Of a stretch of DNA of 64,000 nt, positions 1 through 7,652 are shown piece by piece (the first letter of the stretch is position 1; the number at the start of each line of letters is the position of its first letter). This DNA comes from Candidatus Amesbacteria bacterium. GTDB taxonomy: Bacteria > Patescibacteriota > Microgenomatia > CAZETR01 > Amesbacteraceae. The notes below the pieces were generated by a model. The model saw nothing but the letters and a program-made list of their open reading frames with translations. It searched no databases and had not been told where the DNA came from. The stretch is from NCBI GenBank assembly GCA_963736875.1, contig CAVTQH010000003.1, positions 129,756 through 193,755 on the forward strand. The letters run 5' to 3'. Position numbers and translations under genes: made by a program.

Positions 1-2601
1 ACAATTACAATCCCGGCAGAGGATGGATATATCTTACCGCGGGGAATTATATTTTCAGGTCAACGGGGTGCCGGACCGGGGGTTATTGGCTGGATTGGCC
101 GAATAATTCCTGCAGGGCTTACGGGCAGGTTGATGACAGGCTGCTTATTAACGGAGTCTGGCTTTGGGGAGGGAGCAGTTCATGGGTAGGTTATGGGGGT
201 GATAACGGTAATTTTTGCAGTTCAGGAATGGCGTCGCATCAGGGCAGCATTACTATTATCTCGGACGGATGGTATATTTTTCAATTTGACCAGCTGTACT
301 GGCCTGAAACCAAATTCTGGGTAGATTACAGCATAAATGGCGGGGCGACGTGGAATTATATTACAGCTGCAATGCTCAGGTCCTGTAATCCGGGGAGTTC
401 TCCCACTCCAATGCCTACAAAAACCTGCAATATTTCTGCACCGGCTACAGCTACCTGCGGTATACCGTTTACAGTGAGTTGGAACGGGCAGGGAAATCCC
501 GGTGAAACCAATCAGGTAAGAGCCTTCCTGGAAAGACAGGACGGGGGCAGACTGCCCACCCCGATTGCATACCCTTCATATCTGTTTCCGTCCCCGACAC
601 CGGCTTTTTATTCATATAACCTGGGCTTCTGCAACAGCATCAACGGAGTCAGCTGCACCGATTCGGAACCCGTAGGCGGGATAATTCCGCCGGGAAATTA
701 CTGGGTGCACTGCGATGTGCCGGGAAATGTCAACCAGTGCTCAGGCAATCCGATGTGCGTTTTCCTGGGATGGGCCTGCACCTGGCCGACCTGCGCCGGT
801 ACGGGTTATGACTCAATTACCGTTTCGGCTCCGGTCCAGCCCACACCCGGCGGAGTTACGGTTACGCATAGCTGCAATTACACTTCAGCCAGGGCGAATA
901 TAAGCTGGAGTCCCGCTCCGGGGGCGACTTCCTACAGAGTGCTGGTTGACGGTGTGGCAAATCCGACAATATATCCAAACAGTCCCGCTAGTAATCTGCC
1001 GGTAGCCTGCGGGGTGCATACTTTCCGGGTCAGGGCTCTGAATGCCTGCGGCAGTACCGGGACAAGCGCCGCAGTAAGTGCCGGAGTATGTCCCACACCG
1101 GGGACACCGGCAAACCCCACGGTAACAGTCAACTGCAGTTCGGTGGATGTGAATTGGGCGACAGTACCCCTGGCAGCATATTACCAGGTCAGAAAAGACC
1201 TGGTGGCGCAGCCGACCGTAGTGGCTCCGACACAGACCGTTGCCCAAATCTGCGGGACAGCCAGCAATTATGCAGTCAGAGCGATTTCAGCCTGCCGGGC
1301 AAACAGCCCGTATTCCGGAAATACTGCCGGGCCGGTGGCGGTATGCACACCCATCCCGCCCATCCAATATCACGGCGGATTGCCTGATTGACGATATTGT
1401 AGTCAATTGGACCGACAATGCGACTAATGAAACCGGTTACGGAATAGCCCGGACACCGGACATGCCCGGTGAATATGTATCACTTCCGGCTAATACCGTT
1501 ACCTACACTGATAACAATCCGCCTGTTCCCCCTGCGGCATTTAATTACCAGATACGATCGGAAATCGCATCGAATCCTCCTGCCTGCCGGTACGGGGAGA
1601 GGAGCGGACCGTCCCCATTTCATCCCGCCTGTCCGGTGTACACCAGATGGTTTCAGTGCCAGGGAGGGGGTGCGGCGGCGGCTACCGGGAATTTGGGTGT
1701 CCAACTGCCGCCGACCGGTGTTCCGGATAATCCCCAGGCTAAACTGATATTGCAGGGGGAACCGACTGTTGCTCCTCCTAATCCCGCCGGCCTTCCGGGA
1801 ATGGTTTTCGGGAACGGGTTTACCGGGAATTTGACCCCGAATAACGTGAGTATCAAAGGATGGCTGGTACCCATCGGATCAGGGTGGGGGGGAGGCGGCG
1901 GCAGCGGGATGACGGAGAAGGTGGAAAATCAATATACATCGATCAGGGAAAGGATACTCTCCCGGGCTTCCGCGTATCACCTGAGCGATTCCGTATTAAC
2001 CGCCGGTGATTTGAATAATGCCATTGATGCAGCGAACGGATCTTCCAGTACGAGAAGAACGTTTACATATGAATACGGGGGAGCCTTTAATGTGGCAATT
2101 ATTGAGACGACCGGGTCAATTACTTTGGGTGCTGCACCGGGTAATCCTCTGGCCAGTCTGCAAACCAGAAAGGCAGTCCTGCTGGTTCCCGGGGATGTAA
2201 CGATAGGGAGCAGCATACTGAGTGATTCAAATCCGACCGGCAACCCGGCAACCCAGGGCTTTGTGGCAATTATTGCTTCGGGTTCCGTAACTGTGGAGAC
2301 CAGTGTGGCGGTAACCCCCACGCCCGTGACTATGCCTTTTCAGGATGATATAGCGAATTCGGCATTTCCCGCGCATATTTCCGCGGTGATTTACGCCCAG
2401 GGCAATTTTACGGTGAATTCAGTACTCAACCAGCTGAAAATTGACGGAGGAGTGGTGGCCATGGGAGCGATTAACATCAGTCCCGGGCGGACGAGCAAGG
2501 GACCGTGGCCGGCCGAGTTTGTGCACTACAACCCGGGAATGATGCGGATCTTAAGAGACGTGGGATTGAGACGGAAAGTGGTGTTTGAACCGATACCGTA
2601 G
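1..2601 (+). pseudogene. 3' portion (5' end lies upstream of the window) of a PA14/FN3 cell-surface protein paralog, interrupted by a 1-nt insertion at ~1366
   Basis: The frame of ORF 228..1391 stays open back to nt 3, so the gene runs off the window edge. From nt ~418 to 2601 the sequence is near-identical at the nucleotide level to 5264..7439 of the 1085-aa gene. Copy 1 reads 'gcccatccaat' where copy 2 reads 'gccctccaat'. This gives a premature stop at 1391, and the +1 frame ORF 1240..2601 continues the homology to an identical stop context. Confidence 0.55.
418..2601 (+). repeat. Segmental duplication, copy 1 of 2 (matches 5264..7439, ~2.2 kb, high nt identity)
   Basis: Direct comparison shows long identical runs, e.g. 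'aaaacctgcaatatttctgcaccggctacagctacctgcgg' in both copies. Both copies end at the same stop codon 'ccgataccgtag'. Confidence 0.85.
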
Positions 2602-2603
2602 GT

Positions 2604-2631
2604 TTGACATGTAAAAAACCGGATTTATAAT
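2604..2631 (+). promoter_or_regulatory. Consensus sigma70-type promoter TTGACA-N16-TATAAT for the lipoprotein gene, overlapping the stop codon of the upstream copy
   Basis: TTGACA at 2604-2609 and TATAAT at 2626-2631. The GTG start codon is at 2640, only 8 nt after the -10 box, so the mRNA is leaderless or has a very short leader. Confidence 0.55.
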
Positions 2632-2639
2632 CGGTCCAG

Positions 2640-4133
2640 GTGAAAAAAGAACATTTAAGCAAAAGGGAAGCCATTATTGCAGTAGGGTTACTTACCATAG
2701 CTATGGTGGCGTGTGGAAAAGAAATAACCGGCCAAATTATATTACCAACAACCGAACCTTCCGTAACTTCAGGTGTAATATATCCCGGAGAAACCATAAC
2801 TCTGACTTCAACTTTAAAACCCTTAGATTCACCAGTGCCTTTGGAAACAATTACTCCCACACCTCAAGAATCGTGCTTGATCGACGGGACAGTATTTGCG
2901 GAGGGGAACCGCCATCCCGATGGGGGATACAGGTACCCGGCGGATATGAGTAAAATTGATAAACCCTTAAATCAGTGGAACCAGGCGGAAAGAACAACGA
3001 TTGTGGATGCAGCCGGGAACTCCATCTATGACGGGGTGGGATACATCGCGAATTCAGGCTGGGTTTCTGATAATAAATTAAATTATGCCGGTACATGGAT
3101 CGGCAGGGGCTGCGGATATGGGCTGATGTTTGAAGACCAGAACGGCCAAGATGTTTGGGCAACCAATGTTCTGGGTATGGCCATGGGCCGGCCGGACGGA
3201 AATGGTCTGGGTTTCGGTGCCCAACCAATTCCCAACCCAGGGATAGAAGGTCGGATGGAACTGATTGTCGGCAGAGAGCAGACGGCCGTCTGGGTCAGAG
3301 GTACAGACCAGATCATCGGCAAATATGATCCGGTTACCCAAGTTTGGAATTTTGAGCAGGCATACAGGCCTACTGAGGCATATGAATTGTATGAATTATC
3401 ATCCGAACAGCTGGCGGCAAAACATTTATACGGCTCCGGTTTTGAAATAAATGCTGAGTATGAAGGCGTTCCGGTTAATTTTACCGCAGTGACATCCGAA
3501 GGAAATCTTATAAGGTACAATCAAACCCGCGGATGTATGCTTAATACGGAGATGGCGAAATACGGGTATCCGGCTGAAGACAGGATAGCGAAAATGGTTT
3601 TTTTGGGGCATTATGTCGGTTACCTTCGGGATAATCGTTTAAGCGAGACTCAATTTACCTTCGAAGAATATATGGCAAACCTGAAAGCGGGAAGAGATAT
3701 GGGTTATGCAATATACGGAATCAAGACGGATCAGGATACGGGTGAATTTTTGGTCGACCCACTTAAACCGGTTGAGTATGTGGTCACAGAATCCGAAACG
3801 GATCCGAATGGCAGAGGAACAGCGCTTCTTAATGACAACGCCAGTAGACGCGGGTATATACAGTTAGAAAACGGGGGATTAAGGATAATCCAGCAATTAG
3901 CAGGCTCTGCTTCAAATATGTTTAATTTCTGCATCGTCACAGGCAACGAGCTATCCACGAGTTTATTATCATTAGGGGGTGAGTTGGGGGCTTTACAGGG
4001 CTGGGGCCAATTTACTTATCCCGGTTTTGTTTACCCTATTACAAAAGTTGAACTTGAAAATACTGTAATTAATTTACAAATTTATTATAACTCCAATAAA
4101 AAAATTAGCAGTAACGTATTTGCGGCGCCGTAA
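2640..4133 (+). CDS. Hypothetical secreted lipoprotein (497 aa)
   Basis: Long ORF whose N-terminal signal peptide ends in a lipobox-like 'LTIAMVACGKE'. It has no recognisable catalytic motifs. A GTG start is implied by the ORF track. Confidence 0.6.
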   Translation: MKKEHLSKREAIIAVGLLTIAMVACGKEITGQIILPTTEPSVTSGVIYPGETITLTSTLKPLDSPVPLETITPTPQESCLIDGTVFAEGNRHPDGGYRYPADMSKIDKPLNQWNQAERTTIVDAAGNSIYDGVGYIANSGWVSDNKLNYAGTWIGRGCGYGLMFEDQNGQDVWATNVLGMAMGRPDGNGLGFGAQPIPNPGIEGRMELIVGREQTAVWVRGTDQIIGKYDPVTQVWNFEQAYRPTEAYELYELSSEQLAAKHLYGSGFEINAEYEGVPVNFTAVTSEGNLIRYNQTRGCMLNTEMAKYGYPAEDRIAKMVFLGHYVGYLRDNRLSETQFTFEEYMANLKAGRDMGYAIYGIKTDQDTGEFLVDPLKPVEYVVTESETDPNGRGTALLNDNASRRGYIQLENGGLRIIQQLAGSASNMFNFCIVTGNELSTSLLSLGGELGALQGWGQFTYPGFVYPITKVELENTVINLQIYYNSNKKISSNVFAAP

Positions 4134-4181
4134 CACTGCAGTTTGTATAGTCATTTGTTTTTGTGATAATCTGAACGAGTA

Positions 4182-7100
4182 ATGAGAATGAAGTTGTTCT
4201 TGTCCTTCGCTGTATTTTTTGGCTTTTTTTTCTTGTATATTTTCAAAGCTGATAGAGTTTATGCTGCCCCTTGTAGCGGCGCCACGATTAACTGCGGGCA
4301 TATAAATTATTCCGGCGGTTGTACATGCAGTGATCCGGGTGGAAATCCATGTACTGATCCAGGAGCTGCATGTGGCTCCGGAGGTACATGTACTTGTTCC
4401 CTGCCGTGGTGTAATTGTGTGGGAGGTCAGCCTGGTGACGGCTGGCATAACTGCAGCACGCTGTCCTGTCCCAGCCCTTGCGGGGTAGGTAATTGTGCCT
4501 GCGAAGGAAGTTGCAGCGGCGGCGGCGGTTTTTGCGGGGATGGAATTTGTGGAAACAGTTTTGGTGAAGCTTGTGATGTTTGTGTAGCAGATTGCGGTGG
4601 TTGTAGTGCGCCTCCCCCCCAATGCGATGCGGTGGATTCTGTTCATAGAAGCTGCGCTTATTATGGTTGGAATGCAGCGACCAGGGGACTGATGGTTGAA
4701 ACATATGTGTATGACACGGTGAGTTGTTCACCCAATCATTTTCCCGGGTATACCTGCCGCATTCAGGATGCACCTGTGAGTGTTGACACAAAATTGTCAG
4801 ATACGGAAGGAATTCGAGGCCCTAAGGACATTCTTGGTAATTCCGGGTGCTGGCCGGGTATGAGGGGGGTAGCTTGGGGAGGGGAAGTTGAGGATGGCAA
4901 CGGAAATCACGGATTTATTAACATCAAAATCGCCGGGGTGTGGAGTTTTAAAGTGGAGGAACTTGAACTGGATGGTGAATGGTTTCATGTGATTGTAGAT
5001 GGTGTTGTGGTGGTAAGTAATGGTCCGGGAGGTTATGCCTGTGAAGTTGACGGCGATGAGGATGGTACTTGTTGGGAAGGGAGTGTCAACCTGAGTCAAG
5101 GCTGGCACACTTTTCAGGTGCAGGTGGGTGGTTGGGGTTGGAGTAATTCGATATTTCACACTTTCATCAGACCTCCGGGTGTGGGATGGTTTATCCATAT
5201 AAATAATTCTTACCCTGCATACTATGAAACGAGTCCATGTGTGCAGGCGATGCCTCAAAAAACCTGCAATATTTCTGCACCGGCTACAGCTACCTGCGGC
5301 ATACCGTTTACGGTCAGCTGGAACGGGCAGGGAAATCCCGGTGAAACCAATCAGGTAAGAGCCTTCCTGGAAAGACAGGACGGGGGCAGACTGCCCACAC
5401 CGATTGCATACCCTTCATATCTGTTTCCGTCCCCGACACCGGCTTTTTATTCATACAACCTGGGTTTCTGCAACAGCGTCAACGGAGTCAGCTGTACCGA
5501 TTCGGAACCCGTAGGCGGGATAATTCCGCCGGGAAATTACTGGGTGCACTGCGATGTGCCGGGAAATGTCAACCAGTGCTCAGGCAATCCGATGTGCGTT
5601 TTCCTGGGATGGGCCTGCACCTGGCCGACCTGCGCCGGTACGGGTTATGACTCAATTACGGTTTCGGCTCCGGTCCAGCCCACACCCGGCGGAGTTACGG
5701 TTACGCATAGCTGCAATTACACTTCAGCCAGGGCGAATATAAGCTGGAGTCCCGCTCCGGGGGCAACGTCATACAGAGTGCTGGTTGACGGTGTGGTAAA
5801 TCCGACAATATATCCAAATAGTCCCGCTAATAATCTGCCGGTAGCCTGCGGGGTGCATACTTTCCGGGTCAGGGCTCTAAATGCCTGCGGCAGTACCGGG
5901 ACAAGCGCCGCAGTAAGTGCCGGAGTATGTCCCACACCGGGGACACCGGCAAACCCCACAGTAACAGTCAACTGCAGTTCGGTGGATGTGAATTGGGCGA
6001 CAGTACCCCTGGCAGCATATTACCAGGTCAGAAAAGACCTGGTGGCGCAGCCGACCGTAGTGGCTCCGACACAGACCGTTGCCCAAATCTGCGGGACAGC
6101 CAGCAATTATGCAGTCAGAGCGATTTCGGCCTGCCGGGCAAACAGCCCGTATTCCGGAAATACTGCCGGGCCGGCGGCGGTATGCACACCCATCCCGCCC
6201 TCCAATATCACGGCGGATTGCCTGATTGACGATATTGTAGTCAATTGGACCGACAATGCGACTAATGAAACCGGTTACGGAATAGCCCGGACACCGGACA
6301 TGCCCGGCGAATATGTATCACTTTCGGTTGATGCCGTTACCTACACTGATAACAATCCGCCTGTTCCCCCTGCGGCATTTAATTACCAGATACGATCGGA
6401 AATCGCATCGAATCCTCCTGCCTGCCGGTACGGGGAGAGGAGCGGCCCGTCTCCATTTCATCCCGCCTGTCCGGTGTACACCAGATGGTTTCAGTGCCAG
6501 GGAGGGGGTGCGGCGGCGGCTACCGGGAATTTGGGTGTCCAACTGCCGCCGACCGGTGTTCCGGATAATCCCCAGGCTAAACTGATATTGCAGGGGGAAC
6601 CGACTGTTGCTCCTCCTAATCCCGCCGGCCTTCCGGGAATGGTTTTCGGGAACGGGTTTACCGGGAATTTGACCCCGAATAACGTGAGTATCAAAGGATG
6701 GCTGGTACCCATCGGATCAGGGTGGGGGGGAGGCGGCGGCAGCGGGATGACGGAGAAGGTGGAAAATCAATATACATCGATCAGGGAAAGGATACTCTCC
6801 CGGGCTTCCGCGTATCACCTGAGCGATTCCGTATTAACCGCCGGTGATTTGAATAATGCCATTGATGCAGCGAACGGATCTTCCAGTACGAGAAGAACGT
6901 TTACATATGAATACGGGGGAGCCTTTAATGTGGCAATTATTGAGACGACCGGGTCAATTACTTTGGGTGCTGCACCGGGTAATCCTCTGGCCAGTCTGCA
7001 AACCAGAAAGGCAGTCCTGCTGGTTCCCGGGGATGTAACGATAGGGAGCAGCATACTGAGTGATTCAAATCCGACCGGCAACCCGGCAACCCAGGGCTTT

Positions 7101-7439
7101 GTGGCAATTATTGCTTCGGGTTCCGTAACCGTGGAGACCAGTGTGGCGGTAACCCCCACGCCCGTGACTATGCCTTTTCAGGATGATATAGCGAATTCGG
7201 CATTTCCCGCGCATATTTCCGCGGTGATTTACGCCCAGGGCAATTTTACGGTGAATTCAGTACTCAACCAGCTGAAAATTGACGGAGGAGTGGTGGCCAT
7301 GGGAGCGATTAACATCAGTCCCGGGCGGACGAGCAAGGGACCGTGGCCGTCCGAGTTTGTGCATTACAACCCCGGGATGATGCGGATCTTAAGAGACGTG
7401 GGATTGAGACGGAAAGTGGTGTTTGAACCGATACCGTAG
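4182..7439 (+). CDS. Secreted Cys-rich / PA14-like / 3x fibronectin-III surface protein (1085 aa) with a conserved C-terminal domain of unknown function
   Basis: Signal peptide 'MRMKLFLSFAVFFGFFFLYIF'. A dense CxC/CxxC block spans residues 30-150. The PA14-like segment reads 'GVWSFKVEELELDGEWFHVIVDGVVVV'. There are three FN3-like units, e.g. 'TVTHSCNYTSARANISWSPAPGATSYRVLVDG...FRVRALNACGS'. Confidence 0.8.
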   Translation: MRMKLFLSFAVFFGFFFLYIFKADRVYAAPCSGATINCGHINYSGGCTCSDPGGNPCTDPGAACGSGGTCTCSLPWCNCVGGQPGDGWHNCSTLSCPSPCGVGNCACEGSCSGGGGFCGDGICGNSFGEACDVCVADCGGCSAPPPQCDAVDSVHRSCAYYGWNAATRGLMVETYVYDTVSCSPNHFPGYTCRIQDAPVSVDTKLSDTEGIRGPKDILGNSGCWPGMRGVAWGGEVEDGNGNHGFINIKIAGVWSFKVEELELDGEWFHVIVDGVVVVSNGPGGYACEVDGDEDGTCWEGSVNLSQGWHTFQVQVGGWGWSNSIFHTFIRPPGVGWFIHINNSYPAYYETSPCVQAMPQKTCNISAPATATCGIPFTVSWNGQGNPGETNQVRAFLERQDGGRLPTPIAYPSYLFPSPTPAFYSYNLGFCNSVNGVSCTDSEPVGGIIPPGNYWVHCDVPGNVNQCSGNPMCVFLGWACTWPTCAGTGYDSITVSAPVQPTPGGVTVTHSCNYTSARANISWSPAPGATSYRVLVDGVVNPTIYPNSPANNLPVACGVHTFRVRALNACGSTGTSAAVSAGVCPTPGTPANPTVTVNCSSVDVNWATVPLAAYYQVRKDLVAQPTVVAPTQTVAQICGTASNYAVRAISACRANSPYSGNTAGPAAVCTPIPPSNITADCLIDDIVVNWTDNATNETGYGIARTPDMPGEYVSLSVDAVTYTDNNPPVPPAAFNYQIRSEIASNPPACRYGERSGPSPFHPACPVYTRWFQCQGGGAAAATGNLGVQLPPTGVPDNPQAKLILQGEPTVAPPNPAGLPGMVFGNGFTGNLTPNNVSIKGWLVPIGSGWGGGGGSGMTEKVENQYTSIRERILSRASAYHLSDSVLTAGDLNNAIDAANGSSSTRRTFTYEYGGAFNVAIIETTGSITLGAAPGNPLASLQTRKAVLLVPGDVTIGSSILSDSNPTGNPATQGFVAIIASGSVTVETSVAVTPTPVTMPFQDDIANSAFPAHISAVIYAQGNFTVNSVLNQLKIDGGVVAMGAINISPGRTSKGPWPSEFVHYNPGMMRILRDVGLRRKVVFEPIP
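5264..7439 (+). repeat. Segmental duplication, copy 2 of 2 (matches 418..2601)
   Basis: Same as above. The ORF-track peptides of 228..2601 and of the C-terminal 720 aa of 4182..7439 are almost identical. Confidence 0.85.
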
Positions 7440-7443
7440 AGAG

Positions 7444-7519
7444 TGGTGGACCCAGCGGGATTCGAACCCGCCGCCTCTCGCATGCCATGCGAACGCTCTA
7501 CCAAATGAGCTATGGGCCC
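7444..7519 (-). tRNA. tRNA-Ala (anticodon GGC), 76 nt with encoded CCA
   Basis: The reverse complement folds as a cloverleaf: acceptor GGGCCCA/TGGGTCC with G3:U70 (the Ala identity pair), D-stem GCTC/GAGC, anticodon stem TTCGC/GCGAG, loop ATGGCAT (anticodon GGC), T-stem GCGGG/CCCGC and T-loop TTCGAAT. It ends in ACCA. Confidence 0.85.
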
Positions 7520-7559
7520 AAGATTAAGGATCTATTTTAGCAAATTTATTGTGGACCAT

Positions 7560-7597
7560 GGGGGAATCGCACCCCCGTATCCGCAATGCGAATGCGG
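7560..7597. terminator. Two adjacent GC-rich hairpins between the end of the 7653..9722 (-) gene and the tRNA-Ala
   Basis: GGGGG-aatcgca-CCCCC at 7560-7576 and CCGCA-atgcgaa-TGCGG at 7581-7597. There is no U-tract, so this would not be a canonical intrinsic terminator. Confidence 0.25.
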
Positions 7598-7652
7598 CGC
7601 ACTACTACTATGCTAATGGCCCACTGAGACAGATATTATTTTACCAGAGGGG

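Noticed and set aside
715-2321. Multiple 60-120-aa ORFs on both strands inside the duplicated surface-protein genes (e.g. 885..1247, 932..1132, 1977..2321, and their twins at 5717..7159)
   Set aside because: They lie entirely within much longer coding ORFs whose products have clear domain structure, and they occur identically in both duplicate copies as a by-product of the same sequence.
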